A stretch of DNA of 64,000 nucleotides from Spirochaetia bacterium (GCA_965263295.1 OZ253665.1:1408001-1472000); one strand, 5' to 3'. Numbered from the stretch's first letter, positions 31,610-42,825 are shown. Translations and numbers: made by a program. The notes: generated from the letters alone by a model not told the origin.

Positions 31610-32185
31610 CTAACTGTTGACCCGTTCCTGATATTCCTTGGTCTCCACATTGATACGCAGCTTATCTCCCGTGCGAATAAAAGCGGGAACGCGTACCCGC
31701 AATCCCGTCTCCAAAACGACCTGCTTGGTTACAGCCGTGGCGGTGTCCCCACGCACGGCCTCTTCGGCCTCTACCACCAGCAAATCGACCTTTGGTGGCA
31801 ACTTGACGTCGAGGATTTCCTCGTCCCAGGCAACGATGCGGTACTCTTCGCCTTTGCCCTCGCGCACAAAGTACTGCAAATCAGGCAGCGTGTTCGCAGG
31901 TATCGCAAACTGCTCGTAAGTCTGGCTGTTCATGAAGTAGTAATTTTCTGCGTCTTTATACATGTATTGAGCCCGGAATTCCTCCACATCAATCTGCTCA
32001 ATATTGTCCTGGCTTTTGTGGGTCACACGCTGCACCGAGCCGTCGCGCAGATTCTTCAACTTCAAACGCACAAATGCCGAACCTTTACCCGGATTGACGA
32101 ATTCTCGCTCCACAACCATGTAGGGGAGATTTTTTTCTAGTAGAAAGGAGCCTTTTGCCAAGTCTCCCGCCTTCATAGTGGCCAT
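31610..32185 (-). CDS. efp: Translation elongation factor P
   Basis: NPGKGSAFVRLKLKN, YFMNSQTYEQ, RGDTA, LETGLRVRVPAFI. Confidence 0.96.
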   Translation of the reverse strand: MATMKAGDLAKGSFLLEKNLPYMVVEREFVNPGKGSAFVRLKLKNLRDGSVQRVTHKSQDNIEQIDVEEFRAQYMYKDAENYYFMNSQTYEQFAIPANTLPDLQYFVREGKGEEYRIVAWDEEILDVKLPPKVDLLVVEAEEAVRGDTATAVTKQVVLETGLRVRVPAFIRTGDKLRINVETKEYQERVNS

Positions 32186-32221
32186 AATTTATCCTTCTGC
32201 AACATATTTGAAAGTCCGAGG

Positions 32222-32250
32222 ATTATAGCAAGGCGCCGAATCAAAAGCAA
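32222..32250 (-). promoter_or_regulatory. sigma70 promoter of efp-mgtE
   Basis: TTGCTT-N17-TATAAT, with TG in the extended -10 position. Confidence 0.65.
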
Positions 32251-32587
32251 TTGGGCCCCGCGCCCAGGCATGCCCAAAGCAAATACGACAAAATATTTGC
32301 CAGGCCACCAATAAGGCTTCCGCGAGCGCCAAACTTACTTGCGGATTTCAGCTCAATTACATTTCATTTCCAGCGGCAAGCTGCCACGAGTTATCCCGTA
32401 GCCCCCACACATAAAGTGCCGGGTACTTCATGCTCTTCGCGGCCGTCTGCAGTGTGCTACAAAACTTGCCTAGAACTTGTCATCAAACTTGTCATCGGCC
32501 CGTAAAGTGCCTAAGCTATCAGCCAGATCGGGAATAGCTAATTTGAAGAGACGCGGAGAGGCGCAAGGAGAAAACAAGGAGAAAAAA

Positions 32588-35191
32588 ATGACGAACGGCA
32601 GGCAAACCCAACAAGTCCCTCCCTACTTGGCCAGCCTCAACCAAGAACAGTTAGCTGCGGTGCGACACAGCGGTTCCAACCTCCTGGTCCACGCCGGCGC
32701 CGGTTCGGGAAAAACCCGCGTGGTCGTGGCCCGCATAATTCACCACATCCAGGAGCAGGGGATTCCCCCCTGGAAGATCCTGGCCGTGACCTTTACCAAT
32801 CGTGCCACCCACGAAATGCGCGAGCGCCTGGCGGCCGCCCTCGATATCCAGCAGAGCGAGCGCGTGCTGATCCGCACCTTCCACGCCTTCGGCGCCTGGT
32901 TTCTGCGCCGCCATGCACTGGCGGCGGGCCTCAGCCCTGGTTTCAGCATCTATGACGACGAGGACAGCCAGGCCCTGCTCAAGCAAGCCTGGACGGCAAA
33001 TGCGCGCAGCAGGACAATCATCGGCAAAAAGGCCAAACTACTGCAAAGCGCAATCGCCAGGGCCAAAGACGCGGGGCTGGGCTACGAGTCATCCAGGCTC
33101 GCCAGCGGCGAATTGCCACGCGCAGAAAAACTGGCCCTTTACTGCGGCGACCCCGACTTTCCCGAAGCCTTTAGATTTTATCAACAGGCATTAAGGCGCT
33201 GCGGCAATGCCGACTTTGCCGACCTTCTAGGACTCAGCACTCAGGTCTTGGAACGCCACGGCGAAATTCGCCAGCGAATGCAACAGCGTTTTGCACGCAT
33301 CTTGGTAGACGAATACCAGGACTCTAGCCCCCTGCAGAACCTCCTGCTGCAACTACTAGTGGGCCGGCCCGCAGACTCAGCCGCAGAGCCACCGCCTCAG
33401 TCCTTGCCTGTTTCCTCGCCCATATCTGCGCCCGTGTACTTGCTATCGGACCAAGAACTCTGCATCGTCGGCGATGAAGACCAATCAATTTACGGCTTTC
33501 GCGGAGCCGAGGTCCGTCACATATTGGAATTCTCACAAAAATTCGCGCCGGCCCACATCGTCAAACTGGAACAAAATTACCGCTCCTGCGCCCCCATACT
33601 CGACCTGGCCAATCAAGTGATTGCCCTCAACCGCGAGCGCCTGGGCAAGCAACTGCGAGCAAGCAAAAACGGCGGTGAATTGCCGCAGTTTCACCTGTTT
33701 GAAAAGTGCGAGGACGAGGCGGTGTTCATAGCCCAACGGATACGCGAGCGGCCCGGGCTGCGCAGTGCCATTCTCTACCGCACCAATGCCCAGTCGCGAA
33801 CCTTTGAGCGCATCTTCCGCGAGTGGGGCATCCCTTATCTGCTGGTGGGCAATCTCAGTTTTTACCGCCGCGAAGAAATTAAGGACGTCATAGCCTGGCT
33901 TAATATTCTGACCAACCCGCGCGACATGGTCTCCTTTGAGCGCGTCTACAACAAACCAAAGCGCGGCCTCGGACCACGCGTCCTCGAAAGTATTCAGGCC
34001 GCCATGCAGCAGTTGTCCCCAAACGACGGCCGTGGCCCGGCAGCGGGCGAGGCGGGCGAGGCTAGCATTGTCGCCGCCATGGAAATGCTGATCGCACAGA
34101 AAACTCTGGCCAGCCGCAGTCTGCAAGCTTTGGAACAGCTGCGGCAATGTTATTGCCGGCTGCAGGCCGGCCTGGGTCCGACTACAGAACTGGCAAATTT
34201 TGACGATTTGGCGCCAGAAAACCGGATAGAGGACTCAGATCAACAAGAGGGCGCCGGCAGCTTGGCCGCCAATGACGGCGAGGGGCTGCTGCTCGTCGAG
34301 CTACTGCAAGAAGTACTGCGGCACAGCGGGCTCTTGGCCTACTACCAGGAGCGCGACGAACAAGAAGGCAGCGAACGCTGCCTGAACTTTGACAGCCTGC
34401 TAGAAGAAGCCCAACATTACGGCCGCGGCATAAAAACCCTGCTCGCTTTCCTCGAAAGCGTCAAACTGGAAACCGAAGAACTGGAGCGGCAAGAAGAAAC
34501 CGAAGCCCAGAGAGAAGAGCAGCGCCGCCGCGCACAGCGGCAAACTTTAATCACCATGCACAACACCAAGGGTCTCGAATTCCAGCGCGTCTTTGTCACC
34601 GGGCTTGAGCTCGGCATTTTCCCTAAATTCGACGCCCTGGCCGACACCCGCCGAATGGAAGAAGAGCGCCGCTTATTTTATGTGGCGATCACCCGCGCCG
34701 AAGAACAACTCTACCTGAGCGCGGCCCGCTATCGCCGACTCTACGGCCAAACCCAATGCCGCGAAATATCGCCGCTGCTGCGTGAAGTAGACCCGGCTTT
34801 CTACGAGGATTGCAGCCCGCAGGAACATACAGGCAAGACTCGCCGGCCCCGGCCAGCAATGCCTTCGACTCCTAGGGAAAGAGTCCAGGAGCGCGGCGAA
34901 TTCAGGGGTCAACAAACAAATAGACGTGGTAAAAGTTCCGCTTTGCGGGATTGCAAGGCTCTCTCCGCAGAGCAACTAAGGCAAATGGCTGGCGATAAGA
35001 AGGCCGCGGATGACCCCTTCGTCGTCGGTGCCCGCGTCGAACATCTGGACTACGGCCTGGGCTACGTGGTGCAAAGAAAGAGCTCCGCTAAGATCACCAC
35101 CCTAATGATTAAGCTCGACGACGGCCGTCTGATTCGATTGCAGTTGGAATTTCAAAGCGAAAAACTGGATTTTCTGGGCACGGGATTGTAG
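32588..35191 (+). CDS. pcrA: UvrD/PcrA/Rep superfamily 1 DNA helicase
   Basis: AGAGSGKT, VTFTNRA, LVDEYQD, VGDEDQSIYGFRGA, LEQNYRS, TMHNTKGLEF, EEERRLFYVAITRA; C-terminal Tudor-like domain. Confidence 0.92.
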   Translation: MTNGRQTQQVPPYLASLNQEQLAAVRHSGSNLLVHAGAGSGKTRVVVARIIHHIQEQGIPPWKILAVTFTNRATHEMRERLAAALDIQQSERVLIRTFHAFGAWFLRRHALAAGLSPGFSIYDDEDSQALLKQAWTANARSRTIIGKKAKLLQSAIARAKDAGLGYESSRLASGELPRAEKLALYCGDPDFPEAFRFYQQALRRCGNADFADLLGLSTQVLERHGEIRQRMQQRFARILVDEYQDSSPLQNLLLQLLVGRPADSAAEPPPQSLPVSSPISAPVYLLSDQELCIVGDEDQSIYGFRGAEVRHILEFSQKFAPAHIVKLEQNYRSCAPILDLANQVIALNRERLGKQLRASKNGGELPQFHLFEKCEDEAVFIAQRIRERPGLRSAILYRTNAQSRTFERIFREWGIPYLLVGNLSFYRREEIKDVIAWLNILTNPRDMVSFERVYNKPKRGLGPRVLESIQAAMQQLSPNDGRGPAAGEAGEASIVAAMEMLIAQKTLASRSLQALEQLRQCYCRLQAGLGPTTELANFDDLAPENRIEDSDQQEGAGSLAANDGEGLLLVELLQEVLRHSGLLAYYQERDEQEGSERCLNFDSLLEEAQHYGRGIKTLLAFLESVKLETEELERQEETEAQREEQRRRAQRQTLITMHNTKGLEFQRVFVTGLELGIFPKFDALADTRRMEEERRLFYVAITRAEEQLYLSAARYRRLYGQTQCREISPLLREVDPAFYEDCSPQEHTGKTRRPRPAMPSTPRERVQERGEFRGQQTNRRGKSSALRDCKALSAEQLRQMAGDKKAADDPFVVGARVEHLDYGLGYVVQRKSSAKITTLMIKLDDGRLIRLQLEFQSEKLDFLGTGL

Positions 35192-35350
35192 AACGGCAAT
35201 CCTTGATTAAAAGCTCAATTCAAGGCTTGATTAAAGGCGGCTTGCAAATTGGCGTATTCAGAACAGCTCCGTATAATGCCGCCAATGAAACATTTTAATA
35301 AAGCATTTTCTTGGAGTATTTTAATGGAGCATTTTAATGAGCGACCTGAT

Positions 35351-36232
35351 ATGCGGATACTCTGCTTTGACTCGGGCATTGGCGGTCTCCCGTATCTCAA
35401 GCGCTTACGCCAGAGTATTTTGGCGGCGCAAGGTCGTGCTGTTTCCTACGACGTACAATGGCTCTACCTTGCCGACAACGCGTACTTTCCCTTTGGAGAA
35501 AAAGACTGCGACGAGCTGCGCGAGCGCATATGCCAGATTATCACTCAAGCCCTGCGGCGCTACCCCGCGGAACTGACGGTGTTATTGTGCAACACGGCCA
35601 CGGTTCTGGCCTTGAACGATCTGCGACAAAGGTTGCCACAGCAGCAGTTTGTCGGCACTGTGCCGGCGACAAAGCCGGCGGCGGCGGCGTCGCAGCGGCG
35701 GCGCATCGCCATGCTGGCCTCGCGCAGTACCAGTCGGGCCGACTACGTGGCCAGGCTGCATCGCCAATTTGCCAGCGACTGCCAGCTCACGGCCATCAAC
35801 GCGGCCCAGCTGATTCGATTTATCGAAGAAGACTGGCCCGAAATGCTACAAGACAGCCAGCCGGATGCCAGTGCCACGCAAACTGCAGCCATTCGGGCGG
35901 CGATTGAGCCCTTTGTCCTGCCCGTGCTGGAATCCGGTGCGGACCAGATCGTACTCGGCTGCACACACTTTCTCCACCTGAAAACGCACTTGCAAAAACA
36001 ATTGCAGGCCGCCGATCCCGAACTGCGGCTGTGCGACTCAATGGCGGGCGTCAGCCAGCGCCTCGTTCAGCTATTCCAGCAAGCGAGGCAACGCAGCCCA
36101 GCAGCCGGTTCCAAGACAATTGCACACCTTCAGAATTCTGGTGACCGCTTGCTGCTCAGCAATGACAAGGATCTCCGGCGCTGGCAGTTCTGGGCATACC
36201 AATACGACCTAGGGATTGAATTTCTGGCGTGA
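35351..36232 (+). CDS. murI: Glutamate racemase
   Basis: FDSGIGGL, FPFGEK, CNTAT, VLGCTHF. Confidence 0.93.
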   Translation: MRILCFDSGIGGLPYLKRLRQSILAAQGRAVSYDVQWLYLADNAYFPFGEKDCDELRERICQIITQALRRYPAELTVLLCNTATVLALNDLRQRLPQQQFVGTVPATKPAAAASQRRRIAMLASRSTSRADYVARLHRQFASDCQLTAINAAQLIRFIEEDWPEMLQDSQPDASATQTAAIRAAIEPFVLPVLESGADQIVLGCTHFLHLKTHLQKQLQAADPELRLCDSMAGVSQRLVQLFQQARQRSPAAGSKTIAHLQNSGDRLLLSNDKDLRRWQFWAYQYDLGIEFLA

Positions 36233-37665
36233 AGGAACAAACCGCGCGACGGCCGCAACCAAGTATCGACAGTTTGAGCGCCCTGCTACAGCGCCAGGCC
36301 CAAGATTGCCGCGCGCTGATTGAAGCTCCCGACGACCAATTGGGGCAAATACTCTGGGGCGCCAACAACATTTTTCTGGTAGCTTGTCAGGATGGGAGCC
36401 AACGCAAATGCCGCCTGCGCGGCAAGACCCTCAAGCATCCCGGAGTCGAGCGCGAGCATAACCCCTTAATATGTGGCGACCTGGTACTTCTTGAAATCGG
36501 CAACTTAACCCAGGGCCCACAACAAAACGAAGGCCTGATTTATCGTCGTCTCGAAAGACGCAACGTCCTGCAGCGGCGCAATATTAAGCGCGGAGAGCCG
36601 CAATCCCTGGCCGCCAACATCGACGGTGTCGTTTTGCTGGCCTCCTGGTCCGAGCCGCCGCTGCGCAGGGCGTTCCTCGACCGCCTACTGATTGCCGCCC
36701 AGTGTGGCGACAACTCAATTATCTTACTCTTGAACAAAATCGACTGCGTCCAAAGCTTTGGCGAGCTAAAACGCCTCCAGCTGTTCCTTAAAGAATACCG
36801 CAAAATAGGACTGGAAATCTGGCCGATATCGGTACGGTTACTGCACAAAAAAAATATGGTGAAAAACTCGGCGGCAAATGTTCCTCGCGCAAAGCATATG
36901 CCAGGTGAAGCGCCGACCCAATCATATTGGCAGCGAATTCAGTGCCACCTGGCGCAGATATGGATTCGCCGCCGCTACCTCAAGCCAGCGCAAAGGCGCC
37001 TAATGCAGCTCTACCAATCCTTTCAAGATCGTTTATATGTCATACTCGGCGCTTCCGGAGTCGGCAAATCCAGCCTTTGTAATTATCTTTTCCCCGAACA
37101 ATGGCAAGAGACGCGCAGCATTTCGCGAAAATGGCAACGCGGTGTGCATACCACCACCCTAGCCCGCACAATCATGCATTACCATGGCACACAATGTTAC
37201 CGCTTAATTGACACGCCCGGAATGCGCAACTTCTTGCCCGAAATTATCCCAAACGAGTTGCCGCAGTTACAGAACTACTACCCCGAATTCGCCAGTTTGC
37301 GCAAGATTTGCGGCTACAGCAGCTGCCAGCACCGCAGCGAACCCGACTGCGCAGTACGCGACGCCGCCGAATGCGGACTTATTCCCCTGGCGCGTTACAA
37401 CTCCTACCTCAAGTTATATAGCGACTTGGAGGCCAGTTTTGCCGAGAAGCCAGAATATCAGATTCAAAGCAAAGGCAAAAATACGGCAGCGAGCAAAAAA
37501 TCGGAAAAGAATACCAATGACAGCAGGCTAAATGCCCCCCTCCCAAAAAACAACAGCAAAAACAAGGGCCAAGGACGCCGTGGCGATCACAGCCAAGGAC
37601 GAGATAAGGAACGCAAGCAGAAACGCAGAAAATTGCAGTTTGACCGAGAGGGGAATTGGGACTGA
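36229..37665 (+). CDS. rsgA: Ribosome small subunit-dependent GTPase A
   Basis: AANID, LNKID, GASGVGKSS, GVHTTT, DTPG, CGYSSCQHRSEPDCAV. Confidence 0.93.
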   Translation: MKEQTARRPQPSIDSLSALLQRQAQDCRALIEAPDDQLGQILWGANNIFLVACQDGSQRKCRLRGKTLKHPGVEREHNPLICGDLVLLEIGNLTQGPQQNEGLIYRRLERRNVLQRRNIKRGEPQSLAANIDGVVLLASWSEPPLRRAFLDRLLIAAQCGDNSIILLLNKIDCVQSFGELKRLQLFLKEYRKIGLEIWPISVRLLHKKNMVKNSAANVPRAKHMPGEAPTQSYWQRIQCHLAQIWIRRRYLKPAQRRLMQLYQSFQDRLYVILGASGVGKSSLCNYLFPEQWQETRSISRKWQRGVHTTTLARTIMHYHGTQCYRLIDTPGMRNFLPEIIPNELPQLQNYYPEFASLRKICGYSSCQHRSEPDCAVRDAAECGLIPLARYNSYLKLYSDLEASFAEKPEYQIQSKGKNTAASKKSEKNTNDSRLNAPLPKNNSKNKGQGRRGDHSQGRDKERKQKRRKLQFDREGNWD

Positions 37666-37933
37666 GAAGATTGTTCATCACTTCTTCAGAGTAAAATAAG
37701 AGCTTTCTGCCAAGTAAAATTGAGACGATTGGCAGAGCAAGAGCTTATTTTTAATCAAATGAAGATTTTGTGTCATATGTTTTGCGACTATCCAGGGGCT
37801 GGCTATTTCTATATAATGGCCTAAACTTCGATTAAACGTGCGGGCTAAAGTCGTGAAAGTATGCCGCATATGCAGCTTTTTTGCCGCAGCGAAGTAATAG
37901 TTAGGGAGCACTACCCAAGGAAAACCTTTCAGA

Positions 37934-40249
37934 ATGTACAAAATCAATGTCTGCCCCGGCGTATACATCGTTAATGTCAATGAAATTGACCTGCACATCC
38001 TCTGTGGCTGCCCGATGGATATTGTCAAATTATTGACACGCAAGGGTATCATTTGCGGCATCGAAAAAGATGGCGTCAAATTCCAAACTGGCCCCAATGC
38101 CATACTGCTCTCTGACGTGGCGTCTCAAAACGGCCAATTCTGTAATCTGATAGAATTCCCCATCCTGCACATGCAGTACAAAAAGGGCATGTCACTGCCA
38201 AAACACCCGAATAACAACGGTAGCCGTCCCCTCTTAATTGGCCTGCCCTATCAAATTAATGCCCAGTGCAACTATTTTATCCGTGGCAAATATGGCCTTA
38301 TTTCAGTCAGGGAACTGATGGAGGCCGGCTTTGAACAACAGCAGGCTATCGACCTGATGCGTATGAAAATGCGCTTCAACTTTGGCCGCTTACGCAAAGT
38401 AGAAGAACAGCTGGACCTGCTCTACATTGAAGGAAACTACCGCAAAGAAATTCGCGACGGTTTATATGTCCGGCGCATAGCCCACAACTTGTACGAGTTC
38501 AGCTTGGGCAAAGAAACCGTGCAAGTGGACCTGAATCTATTTGCCCAGGAAACGTATGAGATTCCATATAACCTGGACTACCACAAGCCCAGCGCCGAAT
38601 ATTTTGCCGTAACTCATCTGGGGGAAGGCAACGGTTGGGATACCGATCGCGCCTGTATGTCGTCGTTAATTTGCTACCAGGGCCGCTATTTTCTAGTCGA
38701 CGCCCCTCCCGGCGTCGACCGCCTGCTCAGTGCGGCAGGAATATCAATCAACGAGCTGGAAGGTATTTTCCACACGCATAGCCACGACGACCACTTTGCC
38801 GGCCTAACTTCGCTGATCCGCTCTGACCGTCGACTAAAATATTTTGCCACAAAAGCCGTACGTTACTCCGTGACCAAGAAACTGTCCGCCGTATTATCCG
38901 TAGACGAACGCATGTTTTTTCGCATGTTCAAATGTTTTGACCTGGAATTTAACCAATGGAACGATATTGACGGTCTGGAAGTCATGCCCCTGCTCTCACC
39001 ACACCCAGTTGAAACATCTATTTTATACTTCCGCACCTTGTGGCACGACAAATATTGCAGCTACGGACATTTGGCAGATACCTGTTCAGACCGTGTCCTG
39101 CAAAGCTTCATCACCGAAGATCCGACGGCATACGGCATCAGCATGGACGACTACAAGCGTGTCAGACAGTCCTATCTGGTACCCAGTGACCTAAAGAAAG
39201 TGGACATCGGTGGTGGTCTGATCCATGGTGATGCCATCGATTTTAAAGATGATATTTCCAAAAAGATCGTGCTCTGCCATATCGAACGTCCATTGGATGG
39301 CATCGAAAAAGAAATAGGCACCAACGCCACTTTTGCCCTAACCGACACCCTGATACCAGCAAAGCTCAACTTCTACATGAAACGCGCGGAGAACTGGCTG
39401 AGAGAGACCCTGCCTCTAGCTGCCGAGCGCGACCTAAACATGTTGCTCAACGGTGAGATCCTGCACCTCAACGTCGGTACAATTATTATCAAGAAGGACG
39501 AAAAACCCTTAAATATTTATCTGCTATTAACCGGAGTGATCGGCGGGATCAACGTCGAAGATGATATTTCGATTACTTTCAATACCGGTTCGCTGGTTGG
39601 CTCTTCGTTTGTCCTTTTTGACACACCTTCTAATCTAACCTTTCGGGCCGAAAGTTACGTGACTTTACTGGAAATTCCCAAAAGTATTTACCTACATATT
39701 TTAAACAGCAATGATGCCATCCGGCAATTCACTGACACGCAGTATCGAATTGACTACCTGCAATCTCTGAGCCTGTTTTCCGACAGCGTCGGTGAGAGTG
39801 TCCTGCGTTACATTTCAAATAATATCGAAATATATGAAAGCGAGCCGGGCGAGCTGATCAATTGCTGCGACCTGCCAGGACTATATATTGTTTTCCAAGG
39901 TTCAGTCGGTATTTTTGAAGACAATGAAACTAAGGATCTGTTTGTCGGTGGCGATATCTTCGGTGAAGAAACTGTTCTTCCCGGAGTCGGCACCCATTAC
40001 AGTTATGAGACTGTGCAAAAAACCATTATTTACCATATCCCGACAGAAATTATCCACCGCATTCCGGTAGTTCAGTGGAAATTGATGGAACTGCACAATA
40101 TCAAGACGAGTCGCATTATGTTCACCCAGCGTGAACCGACTTTTGAAATTGCCAATGACTTTGCGGACGAACTGCAACAATTGCAAAGACAAACAGAAAA
40201 AACGGCCTCAAGTAACGTTGGAGACAACCCTGAAGGCAAGCCCCAATAA
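37934..40249 (+). CDS. Metallo-beta-lactamase-fold hydrolase with two C-terminal cyclic-nucleotide-binding-like domains
   Basis: HTHSHDDHFAG (HxHxDH), PHPVET, GHLAD, LIHG; CNB-like segments IYLLLTG...GSLVG and LYIVFQGSV...DIFGEE. Confidence 0.8.
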   Translation: MYKINVCPGVYIVNVNEIDLHILCGCPMDIVKLLTRKGIICGIEKDGVKFQTGPNAILLSDVASQNGQFCNLIEFPILHMQYKKGMSLPKHPNNNGSRPLLIGLPYQINAQCNYFIRGKYGLISVRELMEAGFEQQQAIDLMRMKMRFNFGRLRKVEEQLDLLYIEGNYRKEIRDGLYVRRIAHNLYEFSLGKETVQVDLNLFAQETYEIPYNLDYHKPSAEYFAVTHLGEGNGWDTDRACMSSLICYQGRYFLVDAPPGVDRLLSAAGISINELEGIFHTHSHDDHFAGLTSLIRSDRRLKYFATKAVRYSVTKKLSAVLSVDERMFFRMFKCFDLEFNQWNDIDGLEVMPLLSPHPVETSILYFRTLWHDKYCSYGHLADTCSDRVLQSFITEDPTAYGISMDDYKRVRQSYLVPSDLKKVDIGGGLIHGDAIDFKDDISKKIVLCHIERPLDGIEKEIGTNATFALTDTLIPAKLNFYMKRAENWLRETLPLAAERDLNMLLNGEILHLNVGTIIIKKDEKPLNIYLLLTGVIGGINVEDDISITFNTGSLVGSSFVLFDTPSNLTFRAESYVTLLEIPKSIYLHILNSNDAIRQFTDTQYRIDYLQSLSLFSDSVGESVLRYISNNIEIYESEPGELINCCDLPGLYIVFQGSVGIFEDNETKDLFVGGDIFGEETVLPGVGTHYSYETVQKTIIYHIPTEIIHRIPVVQWKLMELHNIKTSRIMFTQREPTFEIANDFADELQQLQRQTEKTASSNVGDNPEGKPQ

Positions 40250-40258
40250 ATAATCAGA

Positions 40259-41815
40259 ATGGACTTACGCAGCGAACATATCTCGGGCGAGAGCTACTTC
40301 CAGCTAGATGATGCCATTTTTGCTTTAGCTACCGTACCGGGCAAAAGTGCGGTAGCCGTGTTTCGCTGTAGCGGAACACAAGTCTGGAAATTCTTTGAAG
40401 GCAGCTTTTCCCGCTACCATGCCCTTGTTCGGGCTGTCAGTCATAGTGCTACTTACGGCTTTTTGCTGCAACCCGAAGATCGGGAAAAAGTCGATGAGGT
40501 TTTATTGCTTAAATTCTGTGCTCCTAGCAGTTACAGCGGCGAAGACATGTTAGAAATTCACTGCCACGGCAGCATTGCCGTCTTGGACGCAGTGCGCAGG
40601 CTACTGCAACGGCTGGGCCTGCGCGAAGCTGAGCGCGGCGAATTCACCTACCGCAGTATCAAATATGGCAAACGCAATCTGCACCAGGCCGAAGCCATCG
40701 CGTTGCTCGCAGAAAGCCAAAGTCAAAACCAGCGCCGCAGCGCGTTAGAACAACTCAGCAGTACCTTGTTGCCAAAGCTGCAGCAATTTCGCGGCGAACT
40801 ACTGCAAGTCTTGGCACGCAGCGAACTGCAATTGGATTATGACGAGACCGAACTAGAATTCCACTACGAGCTACCCGACAGCCTGCCCCTGGCTCAAAGC
40901 TGCCTGCAATACCTAGGCGACTGCCTGGCCTCCTATCGCCTGCAGAAAAACTTTTGGAAAGAATATAAAGTTGTACTGGTCGGTGCCACCAATAGTGGAA
41001 AATCGTCATTATTTAATCGTCTGTTGACGCGCGATCGTTCCATTGTCTCCGAACGCGCGGGCACGACCCGCGACTACCTGGAGTCGCGACTGGAGCTGGG
41101 CGGGCAGACAATCTTGTTATACGACAGTGCCGGGCTCCGCTCCTTCAGTGATGACCCCATTGAAAAACAAGGCATACAACGCACCTGGGAGCTGCTGGAA
41201 CAGGCAGATTTTTTGCTGCTGCTCAGCGACGTGCGCATTGCCTGGCCACAATGCCAACAAAAAGTCTCAATGCCCAGTTCTGAAGAACATGAAATTACGG
41301 ACTCTGCAGCAGCCCACAGTGAGCTGGAGCAACTGCGCAAACAACTTTTACAGCTGGCTACCGAACGCCGGCTAAACCTGATTGAAATCTGGAACAAATG
41401 CGACTTGCTTGACTCAAAACAGATATTTCATCTGCAGGCAAACATGTCTTCGTTGCAACGCACACACAATGGACAAAGCGGCTATCGCCTATTACTTTGC
41501 TCGGCCCACAGTGGCCGCGGCCTGGCACAATTAGTTACCGAACTGGAAACTTCACTGAAAAGATACAAAGGCCCACAACAAGAGGCTCCCGTCAGCGAAC
41601 GCCAAGCCAGACTCTTACAAGAGGCCGCGGATTTGCTCGCAGAATACTGTGATGGTTTGCGAAGCCAGATCCATGAATGCCCTGAGCTCTTTGACCTGGA
41701 TTGGGCCAGTGAGTTATTGCGCCAGATCTGTGGCCGTCTCGGTGAAGTTAGCGGCGAGGCATGCAACGCTACAATTCTACGTGAAATTTTTCAACAGTTC
41801 TGTGTCGGCAAATGA
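40259..41815 (+). CDS. mnmE: tRNA modification GTPase MnmE (TrmE)
   Basis: SYSGEDMLEIHCHG, AERGEFTYR, GATNSGKSS, GTTRD, DSAG, NKCD, C-terminal FCVGK. Confidence 0.95.
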   Translation: MDLRSEHISGESYFQLDDAIFALATVPGKSAVAVFRCSGTQVWKFFEGSFSRYHALVRAVSHSATYGFLLQPEDREKVDEVLLLKFCAPSSYSGEDMLEIHCHGSIAVLDAVRRLLQRLGLREAERGEFTYRSIKYGKRNLHQAEAIALLAESQSQNQRRSALEQLSSTLLPKLQQFRGELLQVLARSELQLDYDETELEFHYELPDSLPLAQSCLQYLGDCLASYRLQKNFWKEYKVVLVGATNSGKSSLFNRLLTRDRSIVSERAGTTRDYLESRLELGGQTILLYDSAGLRSFSDDPIEKQGIQRTWELLEQADFLLLLSDVRIAWPQCQQKVSMPSSEEHEITDSAAAHSELEQLRKQLLQLATERRLNLIEIWNKCDLLDSKQIFHLQANMSSLQRTHNGQSGYRLLLCSAHSGRGLAQLVTELETSLKRYKGPQQEAPVSERQARLLQEAADLLAEYCDGLRSQIHECPELFDLDWASELLRQICGRLGEVSGEACNATILREIFQQFCVGK

Positions 41816-42013
41816 GCAAAGGATGCTGAAATTAGTCCGCAGGCGAGCTCGCGAAGCGTCAAGCTTGCCTAGATCCGCGGAAAATTGTTATACTGGATTG
41901 CTTTGCGCAACCTTTGCCCCAGCCCCCTTAAAAAAGCGGACTTGGAATTATCCCCGTCTGCGGAGGCCTCGCCAATCGCCAGCCCATCAGAGTAAATCCA
42001 TTTAGGCCAGACC

Positions 42014-42775
42014 ATGCATAAGAACTATTTGATCATCCAGAAAAAGCACTTGCACACACCTTGTCTTTCCATTCCCTTGCCCAAGATATCTCAGCAGAGA
42101 GATTCCAGTTTTTTACGCGGTGTCCTGACAAACCACATACTAGTGACACTTGTCGGTTTCATGTCAGCAGCCTTTAGTACCTTGAGCGCACAAGAGACTG
42201 TGACCCAATTTTTCTCCCGAGCCGAGGCTGCATATTCGCAGATACAAGACTATAAAGCTTTATGGCGTATTAGCATAAGTGGAAGAGAATCTGTGGCTAC
42301 GGCCTATTACAAAACCCCAGGCAACGTACTACTCGACTACACAACCCCTAGCAAACGTTTCATTTTGATTACAGATAAAGAACTGGTTATTTTTAACCGT
42401 AAGAATAATATTTTGATGACACAGCCTCTTGAAGGCCCCGTCGCCGGGCCGCCCAGCTTGCGCGTGATGCGCCGCCTGTACTCTATGCGTTACAAATACC
42501 CCACAGGCTCCAAGCCGGTCAAGGAAGAGGGCATTGAAACGCCTGTCATCGTGCTGCTACTCAACCCCATTAACTCTGCGGTACGAACTGAAGAACTCAA
42601 AGTAAGTTTCTACGCGGACACCTTGCTGATGCGTCAAATAAAAGGATCGTGGTACGGCACCAGAGTTGAATACAACTTCCTCGACATTAAGACCAATATT
42701 GGTTTAAACGATGCCATTTTCAAGCCTCAGGACCCTCCCGGCGCCAAAGAGTGGGCCAATTTCCTACAGGATTAG
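42014..42775 (+). CDS. lolA: LolA-like outer-membrane lipoprotein carrier protein (start uncertain)
   Basis: Signal-like segment, YKTPG.V.LDY..P, C-terminal IKTNIGLNDAIF..PPGA; precedes rodZ-like gene. Confidence 0.65.
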   Translation: MHKNYLIIQKKHLHTPCLSIPLPKISQQRDSSFLRGVLTNHILVTLVGFMSAAFSTLSAQETVTQFFSRAEAAYSQIQDYKALWRISISGRESVATAYYKTPGNVLLDYTTPSKRFILITDKELVIFNRKNNILMTQPLEGPVAGPPSLRVMRRLYSMRYKYPTGSKPVKEEGIETPVIVLLLNPINSAVRTEELKVSFYADTLLMRQIKGSWYGTRVEYNFLDIKTNIGLNDAIFKPQDPPGAKEWANFLQD

Positions 42776-42825
42776 ACAAATGGAAGCCAAACGCACAGAT
42801 ATTTGCGGGATATTGGAGCTGCCAG

